NCBI GenBank assembly: GCA_951406725.2
Contig: OX597824.1
Coordinates: forward strand, 1,550,001-1,614,000
DNA: 64,000 nt
Origin: Octopus vulgaris
Lineage: Eukaryota
Reading direction: 5' to 3'
Positions within the stretch are counted from its first letter, which is position 1. The number at the start of each line of letters is the position of its first letter. A program made the translations under genes and the position numbers. Below are positions 26,451 to 40,100 of this stretch, one piece after another. The notes beneath the pieces were generated by a model. The model had not been told where the DNA came from. It did not search any database and worked only from the letters and a program-made list of their open reading frames with translations.

Positions 26451-27838
26451 AGTATGTATGTGTGTGTGTGTTTATAAATATGCCTATTCATATATGTATG
26501 TGTGGCATATGTGGTACGTGTGTCTGTCTATGTTTATGCATATGGACATACATAAATTGGTAACTCCCCAGTTCAATAAATACAGGTCAATAGAATTTCC
26601 AAATAGGCTTAAATAAATACAGAATTGATATGTTCTACTAAATGTGTTGAAGGCAGCACCACAGCAAAACCGCCGTTCATTGACGAATGAAAAAGTGAAG
26701 GACTCCAGGAATATAAGGAAACAATTTATTAAACAGTTGCAGCGAAATGATAAGAAAGAAGACCATTCTTTAGAAAAAAGAATAACAGAATATTTATAAA
26801 TACAAACAGGACAAACGAAAGATGAAATCAAAGCGGAAATCCAAAAATACTAATGAAAGAATCGAAACCGAAGCTTTATCGTGTCCATATATAACGCTAG
26901 ATTCGACAGAGAGGAAGTAAAAAGTCAGCGTGAGATAGCAAACAATGATTGATAGGCTCTCGATATATAACAGAAACGGAAGGATTTATTTTGGCTGCAA
27001 ATGATCAATGGTCCGTCTCAGATATCGCACTGTTTGATTGTTAGAAGACCATAAAGATTTGACAGCGCTCCAAATACTAGAGGACAAAATCTTGATCAAC
27101 AGTGAAACCGCGGTTGCGGTTCTGTTAAGTACAAGGATTGGAGACAGACGCAGTTGACAAAAGATCACCACATTCCTCAAGGAATTTCCTAAAATACCTC
27201 AAAATGAAAGCATCAGTATATACCTGGACGTAACCATACGCTTCGTATGGTGTCGCCCTCTCTCTAAAATGTTAGTATGTTTTAACTAGTGCAATACATT
27301 CATTCCACAATATCCTCTTCTAAACATTTTTGTGGTTCCACTTCCAATTAAAGGTTTTCTGACCGTTTTCTCGGTATGATTTATTTGCTTATTTCTCAGA
27401 GCTCACGTGGAGACAATCATTATCAGTTGCGACTAACGTACGCTTTGGGGATATTTTAGTGGCTGCCTCTAATAGGCCTACCACTCAAGCAAAGGCCCCC
27501 TCATTGCCTCCAATGAGGCCTTCACCTGAGATGTTTCGATATTAATCTACATTTATAACATCTGCTGCAAATTTTAGTTTAATCTGTGTCTAGCTATAAA
27601 AATGCCTTTGGATTTATTTCTGATCTCTTTGATATGTTTTGTCTGAGTATTTAATCAATGACATAATTGCTTACCTATGAACGAACACACACACACATAT
27701 ATATATAAATAGATGTGTGTGTATACATCGTGTATGGCTACACACACACTAGTTATATATATATAAACTTGGAAGTGAATGCGTGGCGTTCGATCATGTA
27801 ATAAAATAATAAATAAAACATATGCATATATACATACA

Positions 27839-28223
27839 CTAGCAGTATCGCCCGGCGTTGCTCAGGTTTGTAAGGGAAATAACTATAAAGCATTTTTAGA
27901 GAGTTATAGCCAAAAAATAGCAAAAAAATGGAAAAAAAATGATGGTAAATTTTTTTTGAGAGTTAAAAAAGTTAGAGTTGCGTCCCCTAGACGGTCTGTG
28001 GTTTGGGTTTCTAATTCTCGACCCCATGTCGAATTTATCGATTTTTTTCAGAACTGGGGGAACTTTTCAAAATTTTCGCTGCGTTAGTTTTGAATTATGA
28101 CATTGGGCTATGTGTGTGTCAAGTTTCATCAGAATCGGTTGAAAGCCGTGGTCAGAGTGAGGGTACGAGAAAACAGACACACAGAAACACGCACAGACAA
28201 ACTGCCGTTTATATAGAGAGAGA
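27839..28223 (-). mobile_element. Non-autonomous Helitron
   Basis: The minus strand begins A|TCTCTCTCTATATAAA and ends with a subterminal hairpin (cctgagcaacgccggg) then CTAG|T: canonical TC...CTRR termini in an A/T site with no TSD. Confidence 0.8.
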
Positions 28224-28877
28224 TATATGTACATACCTACATCTGTATGTATATATACATGCATATATAGGTACAGGACACCAAAAAAAAAAAAACGTCG
28301 AACACAATGAGAAACGAAAACATAAAAACAAAAACATGGAAAGGGACTTTTTCCAAACAACGAAAAAACATATTACAAGACATACAACACAAGGAATATT
28401 CCCCTTCTTCAGCTGCCCCTGCTTCGACTACTCCGTGTAACTAGACTTGTGCTCTTTTTGTAGAGCATAGTTCCTTTATATAATGAGGTATTTTCACAGT
28501 ACAGAAATCATCATTTTATCGTCATTTCCTATTCCCATGAAACCCTTGGTTACTCAGCGCATGATGCTCGCATAAACTGTTGTGTATTTTGAGTTATTTT
28601 TAGTTTCTAAATCCTTATTGTCTTCGTCCCTTAAACGCTTCTCAGTTGATGCCGGTTATTAATATACAGACCTGACATAAGCAAGAATAACTGAAGCAGC
28701 AGCGTAGATGTATTTCACCAAGTATAAATAATTGCAAGCTAAGAAATATCTTACCATTTATTTTTATGGTCCTTTTCGTTCTTTGATTTCTTTGATGATG
28801 TTCACAAGATGGTTTTCTGAAAAAAGTATATGCATATCTATATAATAAATATTACAGTATATATGTTGTTAAATGAT

Positions 28878-28941
<64 letters not shown>

Positions 28942-29541
28942 ACTATAAGAAAGTAGAAAACACTTAAATAATTTTATTATGTGGAACATTTTAGTACCGG
29001 TTTCAGACTTTGCGACATTTAGAGTAAAGCATGAAAACAATTAAATTGTGGAAAAATTAAATGAAATGTTTTTTAAAGTATTTCGATAGGTGAAAAAACT
29101 TGAAGCGTACGACTCCTGGATTTGGTATTACTAGGGGTAAATTAACGAAAATACTAACACAATCAATACTATATTGTTGCCATGAATGTAACGAGATTAT
29201 TACAAGACATTGTGTGACAGAACAAAAGAATATTCATATTAATAAGAAATGATCATGCCCCAAAAATATATATATACCCATGTCGCAGTTTTATATCTGG
29301 TGATTGAATGTAGCTGTGATATATCATTCATTTTTAATGACACACATTTGCATATTAAAGTAAGTTTTAAAATTTACTTTCTAGTTAATCATTTATTCAC
29401 GCAATAATAAACTAGGTTTACAATATACTTCAAATTTATTCAAAGAGGTAAATTTTTCTGGTCTTAAAAAGGATTTTATCCTTTGTATATACTGTTCAGT
29501 ATTTGCGTGTTGAAAAAAAAAACATATTTTTCTACTTGTTC

Positions 29542-29603
<62 letters not shown>

Positions 29604-29604
<1 letters not shown>

Positions 29605-29804
29605 ATCCCTCGCCATGATAGATCGCTAGCCACTACACATTCTTTATTTTCTCTTCTTGTTTCTTCCCCTGATCCTTTCCGTGGAAAAGCGTAGGCTCGA
29701 AACGTTAAAGACTTTTACACTTCCCGAGCTTTATACTAATACATCTGTTTGTTGTCTACACCACCTGTCTTCGTCTTTTGTTTTTTTTCTGTGAATTCTC
29801 CCCC
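29604..29804 (+). mobile_element. Short (TA)n-embedded dispersed repeat, Penelope pLTR-like, copy 2
   Basis: Homologous to 17141-17324; cctttccgtggaaaagcgtaggctcgaaacgttaaag. Confidence 0.7.
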
Positions 29805-30599
29805 TATAAATATATATAACCTTATGACATGGATGCTATTCAACAAACAAGAAAAAACAGCGAACGTGATTCTTGCCGCTAGAATTAATACGCAGATATC
29901 CATAAACGTTTACCCTCCAATCACAGAATTAGCAGATGAAACTCCTTTAAGCTTTACAATATCTTACAAATTCTATATCTGTTCCATAAAAGGTGACCAT
30001 GGGCTTTTGCCATAACTAAAAGGAAAGGTGGAGACATAACCTACTGAAGTGTTAAGCATGTCATTCCAAATGAGATTCAGGGAGGAAATCACGAGGCTGA
30101 TATATCTTTCGTAACTGAATTTCATTTCTTTCACTTGATTAGGGATTTGAGAAACACCTATAATATTTCTTTTATGTGTACCTGTAATTATTAGTTTCAA
30201 AACAATTTGATTGTTCTTAAAGCAAAAATTGGAATAAACGTTTGAAAAATAAGATATTAAATAAAAAATATATTGGCGAATGTACAAGTAGAACTCCACC
30301 TCTTATGAAATTTTCATCAGAATAATTTTATTTGAAAAGATAATAGGTATAGCAGTATAATGTTTCTTTTGATTTATGAAATACAGCATTGTTAAATGGT
30401 AGTAAACTGAATGTGGCCTAGCGATATATTAAAAAAGAAAACAAGATTCCCAACCCAACAACCAACAAAAATCGATATAATACTTAAAAGTGCAAAATAA
30501 ATTATATCAACTCTTGACTAAAACACATCCGTTCTGAAAATTTTATTTTAAATCAAAGTAGAACATTTAACCTTTTCTGTAGACGGAAATATAAAATGT

Positions 30600-30685
30600 A
30601 CTTATATATATATGTATGTGGGTGTATATTTGTATATATTTATGCATATATTTATAGATATATGTATTTATATATATATGAAAAC

Positions 30686-30733
<48 letters not shown>

Positions 30734-30740
30734 GTGTATA

Positions 30741-30788
<48 letters not shown>

Positions 30789-30838
30789 AATATATATATA
30801 TATATACATATATATATGTATGTATGTATCTATATATG
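30600..30838. repeat. Interrupted (TA)n microsatellite
   Basis: Directly visible. Confidence 0.93.
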
Positions 30839-30839
30839 T

Positions 30840-31233
30840 GGTGGTTGTCTGCTCCTTATGCAGAGTTTGACCACATCCTGTACCGACACCTTAGAACCAT
30901 CATGGCATATAATGTAGCTTTTTACACCAATGTTTTAACAAGTCACCCACATAGATTGCACATCCGATTTGGACCACTAAGAGCTGCAGTTATGTTCGAA
31001 TCTTTGTTGATCTGAAAATGTCCCTTGAGGCCTCCATTATATTGTAACTTAGCTTACATTGCACTGAAAGGTGTGCACAGACATACTTTGATAGGTCTCA
31101 GCCAGTATTAAGCCATGTCTAACCTAATAGAAGCACCTGGTGAAGTCATTCAAATCAGGAATCGGACAACATGGACCACACGAGTAAAGAATTATTCTTT
31201 ACGGAGACACTTCCAGGAGTAGGGTTAGGGTTA
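30840..31233 (+). mobile_element. Possible decayed RTE-type LINE 3' end
   Basis: [14 protein letters not shown]...[17 protein letters not shown]...IRNRTTWTTRV weakly recalls the RTE C-terminal pattern LD..Y.R.LR / RL.F.GH..R / DR..W...V. Confidence 0.35.
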
Positions 31234-31573
31234 TATATATACATACATGTGTGTGTGTGAGTATGTATACACACACACACTTATCTAAGGAGAAATAGAG
31301 CAATCATCGACAATTAGAAGTTGATCATTGGTATTGAATGGTCATATATTTATTATAGTTAAAATTAACATTTACAACCGTTCCAGTTTGTTATTTTTGA
31401 GGTAAATTTGCATTTATCTCGTTCCATGTAACAAACATCGCCAGAATGATTTGAACTTTATCTGAGGACTATTGACAGGGGAACGAAGGTTGACAGAAGA
31501 AAAAGGAAGAAAGTTCGTTAAATCTTTAGGCTTACAAAGATGTATATATATATATATATATATATATAAATGC

Positions 31574-31605
<32 letters not shown>

Positions 31606-32066
31606 ATAACTATATGAGCATATATATGAATATATATGCATGTATATGTTTATGTACATATATATGTATAAATATAAATATCTATAAATACATATGTATG
31701 TATATATATATATATATATATATATTATACATACATACACAACCACACACCCACGTACATATAACAGTGGAAAGTGAATAAGAATAAGAAAAATTAAACA
31801 TATTTTTATGTATATATATGTATATACATGCCTGTCTACAAGAATGGAACTTTCATATTTTATAGCTCAATATAAATCTGCCCTGAGGCCCCAAGTGGAA
31901 CAATCATGTATTATGGACCGTTTTCTACATGATGTCTTCAGGAATAAATTCCAAATATATTTGACACTTAAAGCAATATAGTTGTTGCAGCATCCTCTCT
32001 GCATATATATATATATATATGCATGTGTTTGTGGGTGCATGTATGTGCTTCTTTGTGCATACATAT

Positions 32067-32100
<34 letters not shown>

Positions 32101-32530
32101 AAATACACACACACTCACACACATATACATACGGATATTTTCGACAAAATATTTCATATATTTGAAAGATTTATGCATTTGTCCTTTGGTGTTCGTAAAA
32201 AGTAACGAAATATAACATATTCCAGAAAAAGAATATTCAATATAGATATATCAGATATGAATGCTTCTCATTTTTTACACACTTTAGTGTATATAGGAAT
32301 AACAATATTCTGGTGGAAAGACATTTTAGGCCTCCGGACGGAATAGCTTTTCACCATTTCGCCCAGCAACGGTCTAATAAAACAGAACAGAAGTTGAAAG
32401 GAAGTTATTAAAAAAGTTGATATATGGTTCCAACGGAAACCTGGAAAAGCGCAAATCGTTATATCTCTCTCCCTCTGTCTCTCTCTCTCTCATGCTTTAT
32501 CTCTCTCTCTATCTGTCTGTCTGTCTGTCC

Positions 32531-32598
<68 letters not shown>

Positions 32599-32673
32599 GA
32601 TATATATGTATGTATATGTGTATATATATGTGTGTGTATATATGTATGTATATGTGTGTGTATGAGTGCGCGT

Positions 32674-32717
<44 letters not shown>

Positions 32718-32725
32718 ATATATAT

Positions 32726-33575
32726 CGCAGGCTGTGAAGGATCCTACTGACATCCTAATACTTCAGAATGACATGAACGCAATATAAAATGGGCAGATGA
32801 GAATAATATGCTGGTCAATGCCGCAAAATTTCAAGCAGTCTACTATCAACCCACAAACAAACTACAACTGAAACACACGGGAGCAGCGGACAATGTAATA
32901 CCAGATTTAGAGTCGGTGCGCCACCTAGGAATTCACATGGGCAACGATGCAACTTTCCATGTGTACATTGCTCAGATGGTAACACTATGCAGAAGGGAGG
33001 CAGGTTGGATCCTGAGATCCTTCAGGACCAAGAACAGAGACACAAAGCTACAGCTGTGGAGAACGTTTGTCCTCAGTCGTCTAGACTGATAGTGCAAGCT
33101 GTGGTCACCGCAGAACGTAAAACTAAGTGTAGAACTAGAGTCGATCTCGCGCTTGTACACCAAGAAGATAGACTCAGTAAAACCCATCGGCTATTGGAAG
33201 AGGTTAAAGGAACTGGGACTCTACTCATTGGAGAGGAGTCGCTAGAGATATGCACTCCCATACATATGATCCCATCTCCATCGTGGATGCATACCCAATA
33301 TTGCAACAGCTTGGGATTCAAGTGACTACAAATTTTAATGCCCTACCACAGAACATCAAGGATCTGAAAGGTGTGGACATGAAAGTCTTCCAAAAACGTC
33401 TAGACAATTTTTTATCTGCAGTACCAGATGAACCTACATCACGGGAGGAGGCACAAAAACGAGCGGCAACATCCAACTCGCTACTTCACCAGAAGCAATA
33501 CTGGAAGAAAACCTGGATGGTGTATAGGCGGTGCACCAGTATGGCCTCAGCTTCCGGCTGAAATCTGTAAAAGAT
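32726..33575 (+). mobile_element. 5'-truncated CR1/Jockey-group LINE (RT C-terminus and 3' end)
   Basis: LQNDMNAI..WADENNMLVNAAKFQ, VRHLGIHMGNDATF, GWILRSFRT, WRTFVLSRLD**CKLWSP, YWKRLKELGLYSLER, FNALPQNIK..FQKRLDNFLSAVPDEP..AATSNSL. Confidence 0.9.
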
Positions 33576-33668
33576 TAAGTATATATATATACCAGAGTAG
33601 GCACATAAATGTGAAACAAGGTGGAAGAAAAATAGTACTCAAATACCAGAGTAATATACTTTAACTTG

Positions 33669-33708
33669 AGAGTGGATTTGGTAGACGGAAACTGAAAGAA
33701 GCCCGTCG

Positions 33709-33754
<46 letters not shown>

Positions 33755-33981
33755 TATATATATATGCATATATATGCGCGTGTGTGTATGCCCCCACTCC
33801 CACAATCGCTTGACAAACGTTGTTGGTGTGTTCACGTCCGCGTAACTTAGCGGTTCGGCAAAAGAGACCGATATAATAGGTACTAGGCTTACAAAGAATG
33901 AGTCCTGAGGTCGATTTGTTCCACTAAAGGCCGTGCTCCAGCATGGCCGCAGTTAAATGACTGAAATAAGTAAAAGAAGAA
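33669..33981 (+). mobile_element. tRNA-derived SINE family A, 5'-truncated
   Basis: gagtggatttggtagacggaaactgaaagaagcccgtcg, an internal (TA)n and a gtgctccagcatggccgcag...gactgaaa tail, as in the 38126 copy. Confidence 0.92.
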
Positions 33982-34455
33982 TATATATACTATTAGTATA
34001 TTTAAGGCCCTACTGTGTGCGGTTGCAAATTATAATTGCTACAGTAGAAAAGGGTAAAAGTTTTTCAATATATATAAGACAACTGCTATTTCTTCATGAC
34101 ATACAAGGTACAACTCGGTTGTGCTTGCTTTACCAACTACAAACTCATTATGTCGGTAACTTCTCTTTTGCATGCTGAAATGACTTCAGATAAGAATCGA
34201 GGACGTCGAGCGGGTTCACCAAAACTATTCGATGCCTCGGTAATGGACGCTTCATATTTCCTATATTTTGGTTCAAGGTATTATTGATGCTCATTTCTTG
34301 TACTTCGATCACAGTGTCATAACACAGAATACCTTCTGAGTCATTGAGTACACTCAGTGATAAAATATCTCTCTTGAATGAACACACGGGTATATCTGTG
34401 TACTACACGTGATATGTACGAGCGAGTATGTATACCTAGTTATGTATGCATGTGA

Positions 34456-34494
<39 letters not shown>

Positions 34495-34589
34495 AGTTCA
34501 GCAAAATTTAGATTCAGATGAATATTGTACTTAAGTGAAAGGCACCAGAATTTGGTATGGTACTATCCATATAAATCAAATGGGGTGAT

Positions 34590-34773
34590 TATAATCAAAA
34601 TAAGCAACAAGGATATCCAAGGTAGAGTAGTACAATCATTTCATGCTACTTCATTTTATTAAACAGTGTACTTACAGTATTTAATAAGTACTTACAGTGC
34701 TTAATAAAATGAAGTAGCATGAAACAATTGTACTACTCTACCTTGGATATACTTGTTGCTTATTTTGATTATA
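34590..34773. repeat. About 76-bp inverted repeat (34590-34665 / 34698-34773)
   Basis: tataatcaaaataagcaacaaggatatccaaggtagagtagtacaatcatttcatgctacttcattttattaa vs ttaataaaatgaagtagcatgaaacaattgtactactctaccttggatatacttgttgcttattttgattata. Confidence 0.92.
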
Positions 34774-37139
34774 TATATATATATGTGTGTGTGGGTGTGT
34801 GTGTATGTGTATGTATATATGTATGTATGTATATACATATGTGTGTGTGTATGTGTGTATAAATTTTTCGTTTCTTCTCTGTTAGCTTGTACGTGGTAAG
34901 CATCGAGTATAAACGTCAATCCTCATCACAGATAGGAAAAAAAAGTCTCGTGTTCTTTCTGACTTTGAACTGTCACGTAAAACGAATGTTTATATCTAAC
35001 GCCGGAAGTATATTTTCTCCTTCCACTGCGAAATAACAAAATAATACAAAAGGTAAGTGGTTCTCTATGTTTTCCTTTGACAAACTTCAATGAATATGTT
35101 TTTTTTTTTTCGTTTAATGTTTTAATACTTGTTTCTAGAATTTCGATGGAATTCATTTCCAAGTTTATACGCAGCAAGACATAAACAAAAGAACAGACGT
35201 TCAAATAGAAGAAAAGGAAAACTTCTTTTTCAATCTCGTATTTCTAATTCTAATTCGGTACAAAACTACATTGTAAGTAATTCTGGTAATGTCGTAGTTG
35301 TCCATTGATTTGATTTCTGGTACTGGTGGATACTTTTCTCTGTCTGTCTGTCTCTATCCCTTTGCGTTTTATGTCTACTACAGTGACTGATGTTCTTCGG
35401 CAAGTAATCTGTTTCACAGCCGTTCGTTTCATGCTCTCATAACTCACATGTCTCTCTGCATCTCATTACCCATTTGTTGTTGACCACCAGTCCTTACAGA
35501 ACAAAATATTGGTTCGATTGAATTCTCTTCCTTGCACATGTCTGTTCAGTAACGGATGCTTCGTAAATTTTCAAGCAGGAGTATAACCACTTTGTTCTTC
35601 CCAGTTCTGAGACGGTCTGCTCCAGACAAAAACTCTCTCATTCTCATTTCGTTTTCCACACACACACACACACACACACACATGCACGTACCAGATATAT
35701 CAATGTGTCTGTGCGCCTCTCTTTCATCCTGCCTACATGTCTCTCTGTCTCTGTATATATGTCTCTGTATATAAGTATATACATACATATTATACATATG
35801 CATCCACGAGTTTGTTGTTAACTTGAGAATGACGTTAACATGAATTCTTCTCAAAGATTTACGTAACCTTTCGAAGAACTTGATTCTAAAACCTACGACA
35901 ACTACGAAATACCCAATCTACAAAAGAGATCATGACACATTTAATCTCTCATGATGCCATCCTATGTCACCTGGGACAAACCTCTGTGGACTAAGCTCCT
36001 AAATCCCAAGCACCATCTTGTTGCTAAAACAATGCAGAAAGCATTCACCGGAAAGTCTGCAATAGGATAAATATACTGACTAATCTTATTCCTATGAACA
36101 CAAGGTCAGTGGTTGGAACCTGTAAAAATTCCCCATCAAGCACAAGCAACCAAGTCTGCCATAGTTATTTGGGGCATAAATGTTTTATAGTCTTAGAAGG
36201 GGTTTGCATTGCTGACATGGGCATTTTTGCACAAAATCAGCGAGTAAGAGAACATATCTGAACAACTGCTTTAAATCTGCATTAAAAATTCACAATTTAT
36301 TACAATAACTATTGATGCACTTGGCCAGTCTAGTAAAAGTTTAAATGATATACTCGAAAATGTCATTCTTTTCAGGCAACAAATTTGATGACTAAGCACT
36401 TTTATCACAGTCACTCTAGTTACGAAACAGCACAGTTTGAAAGCATTGTCTATGCTTCAACTAGTAATAATTTAAGATTTTTTCTTTTCAATATTTTAAC
36501 ACGGAGCTTTCCTTTATTAGAAAGTAGATCCTTCCATCATTCTTCACAGGAAATATTCAAATAATTAAAACTGTTCCCCACCACACTCACACAAAAGGGC
36601 AGCATGCCTAGGTCTGCCATTTTCATAGTCTAACTATCTGATTTCTTGATAGTAAATTTCACTGTCAAATTATTTTAGTTGCATATAAAGTTCACCTAGT
36701 TTTCATTGTTCGTTCCATTGTCACTTTATATTCAAGCTAGTCTTGTTTTACCACTCATTCCAGAAAACATTCAAATTAAACTACATCACTCTAAAATGAT
36801 CTTACATAAATATAATTCACACAAAAGTCTAAAGTCTCGGAACCTAAGAGCTTAATTACCAAAAACCATTTTTCTTCATTGATTTCACCTGGATAATGAT
36901 AATAATCCTAATTCATAATAAAAGCCTATATGTGTGTATTTTGTTTCTTGTATTTGGCTTCGATTCTTGTGAAATCGTGTACTAAAAGAGATTCTGTCGG
37001 CATAATGGTCCTCCGAGAATACCACGAAACACACAAGCAAACATTTGCACACACACACACGTAAACACTCACACACATACATTCAAACACACATATATCC
37101 CTGCGTGTATTTGTACATATAACACACTTGACAAATCAC

Positions 37140-40100
37140 TCCCTGACGCAAACCACAGCGGATTAATAAATGCTACAGCAAAGACATCTTCCCGACAGGA
37201 ATCTGCAGGTTATGAGACCGATGCATCAGATAGGGATCACAAGAAACCCAGAAGTCTGTGGCCTGTTGCTACTGGAAAAGTAAGTTATAAAGAGTGAGAG
37301 CACGGTAAAGATTTATATATATTGAGAGGATCTACAGTGAAAAAACTGGCAATGTTTGCAATCTCAATATACGATACAGGAATTGGATTATTTGGAGTAA
37401 AACAAAATAGGACTGCATTGGCAAAAGGAAAGGGTGGACCAAGCAAGTGGACCAGGAAATGAAATAACCAGAGAATAGAAAAGAAAGCGATAAAAAGTGC
37501 AGAAGAAGACGAAAAACATGGCCTCACGCAGCTGTACGAAAGTTTAGAAAGAAAATGTCGCTATGTACAACGAAATATCCGCTGATAGGAACGAAGTAAA
37601 TAAAGCAAAAGGATTCGTGAACAATTTCTGAAGAACCCCTACAGGGTTACGAAGAAGCCGTTCACTGAAACAAAGAGTGGCACTTTATCATGGCACAAAA
37701 GGAGAACTGGATGCTTATCTAAAAGAAACCTACAGTGGTCCAAATCGTAGCCAACCACTGCCGCCTATAAATGGACAAACGCATCTCTTAATACCTGATG
37801 TCAATTTTCAAATTATTGACATCAAGGAGAAAGAAGTGAAAGAATTTGTGGGAAAAGCCAGAGCAAAGAGGGCCCTAGGAGGTGAAGGCGTCTTACGTAA
37901 TGTGTAAAAGTATTGGAATTGTCTACGCAAGATGCTCTTTGTCCTGCTGCAATGGCTTTGGCGTAAAGAGACTTTAGCAGAGGATTGATGTAAGGAGACA
38001 TTTACTTGCGAAAGGAACGCAACGCAGAGATTATAAAACGGTTTAGACCAATGTCCTTATTAAATATGGACAGCAAGATCTTCATTGGAATTCTCTTTGG
38101 AAGAACAGTAATATACAAGTAATATAGGCGCAGGAGTGGCTGTGTGGTAAGTAGCTTGCTTACCAACCACATGGTTCCGGGTTCAGTCCCACTGCGTGGC
38201 ACCTTGGGCGAGTGTCTTCTACTATAGCCTCGGGCCGACCAAAGCCTTGTGAGTGGATTTGGTAGACGGAAACTGAAAGAAGCCCGTCGTATATATGTAT
38301 ATATATACATATATATGTGTACATGTATGTTTGTGTGTTTGTGTTTGTCCCCCTAGCATTGCTTGACAACCGATGCTGGTGTGTTTATGTCCCCGTCACT
38401 TAACGGTTCGGCAAAAGAGACCGATAGAATAAGTACTGGGCTTACAAAGAAAACGTCCCGGGGTCGAGTTGCTCCATTAAAGGCGGTGCTCCAGCATGGC
38501 CGCAGTCAAATGACTGAAACAAGTAAAAGAGTAAAGAGTATACCAATAGAACAATGGGTACGTTCATGAATCTGTTCAAAAGGCTGGAACCCTGGTTCTC
38601 TGGTATCGCTGGATGCGTTGAGCATTGCTTTTCGATTTGGAAAGCATTCCGGTATACCAAGCAGAACAAGATAAATTTGAACGTGGTATGGCCTGATCTA
38701 GCTAATTGTTAATGAGTGTCATGGACGACTTCCACACTCCGGGGAAGGTAACAAATTTAATGAGGATGTATTATGACAGTTTCGAGATGAGGCTTACAGT
38801 TGGTAAATTTACAACAGATTGGCACTGCTTGAAGATTGACATTGCAGCTGGATTTACAATATCTGTGTCATGTGGTTTATCCTAGACATCGTGATGATTA
38901 TGAAAGCGGCAGATTTTTCGGAACAAATGGCCTACATACAATCACCTAAGAAGGCCCTCGTAGATGATGTGACACTTCTGTCGATAAACAAGCAAATCCT
39001 GAAGAGTGCCCTCTTGAGGCTAAACGAGATGATAAAGTAGTCAGGGATGCGATTCATAGTAAAACATTTGCCTGGTCTGAAATTTATTAAGGGAGTACAA
39101 AAACAAGAAAAAAAAATTAGGGTTGCGGGAGAAAGCATTCCAATAATCAAAGAAGAACCTGTTAAAAACTTGGAGCGTGTATATTCTGGAACATTTTCCG
39201 ATAGGAGTCACAGGATGCAGATTATGAAACAAGCCGAGGATGTACTAACAATAATTGATAGTTAAAAGCTACCAGATAAGGACAAAATATGGTGCTCACA
39301 GTTCGGCTTATATCCGCGCCTTTCCTGGTCACTTTTAATATACGAGCTGACACTGTAATGAGTCCGAATCTTTGTGCAAAAGCGCAATATATTCACTAGG
39401 AAGTTGCTTGGCCTATTTCGGATATTGAACAGTTCAGTTCTTTATCGTAAAAGAGGCTCGTTGCAGTTGCCACTGGCGTCAGTCGTCTTAATTAGGGAAA
39501 GTGCAAACAGCGATGATGCTGAGGTAGTCGAAGGATATAGAAATCAGGCGTAATCCAACAAATATAAAAACAGTCAGGAAGTAGAAAACGGAAATAGACA
39601 GTGATGATATATTCACTCACACATCAAGGTGTAGTGGGTGCCAGGCAAATTCATCGGAAGAGACTTGGATTTGGCACGGATCGGTTCCGATCATTTTCAG
39701 GTATGATGTGGAACGAACATAGGATTTGCCATTAGCAACAGCGTCAAAACAAAGAGACAAGAGAACTTCATTCGATTCGATGCTCTCAACAAGGATAAAT
39801 GGAGAAGCAGGAGAAGTATATTGTGCAGAGAAAAGAGCGAAATATGGAAGTGGACTACATCACGAGTAAGGTTTCTGATTCGTTTATCCGACGATGCCTT
39901 CCCATCACCTACAAACCATTATTGAATACATAAATACACAGGCGGAAAAGTCGGATCACTGGAACATATTCTTTCGCGCTGTTCACTGGCATCGATTAGA
40001 TATAAATGGAGACACAACCTGGTCCTTAAGTTTTTCAATGCTCTCATCAACAATGGCAAAAGCCACTGAAGGCACTAACCAGGGATTTCATTATCTTCGT

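Noticed and set aside
26540-27280. A-rich, coding-like plus-strand stretch next to the ribozyme repeat
   Set aside because: Many stops and no RT or GIY-YIG motif, so it cannot be claimed as the partner Penelope ORF.
31220-31233. tagggttagggtta telomere-like motif
   Set aside because: Only about two units; expected by chance or as a LINE tail.
38126-38200. tRNA-like A/B boxes here and at 42410-42487 and 54640-54735
   Set aside because: These are SINE heads followed by SINE bodies and tails, not tRNA genes.
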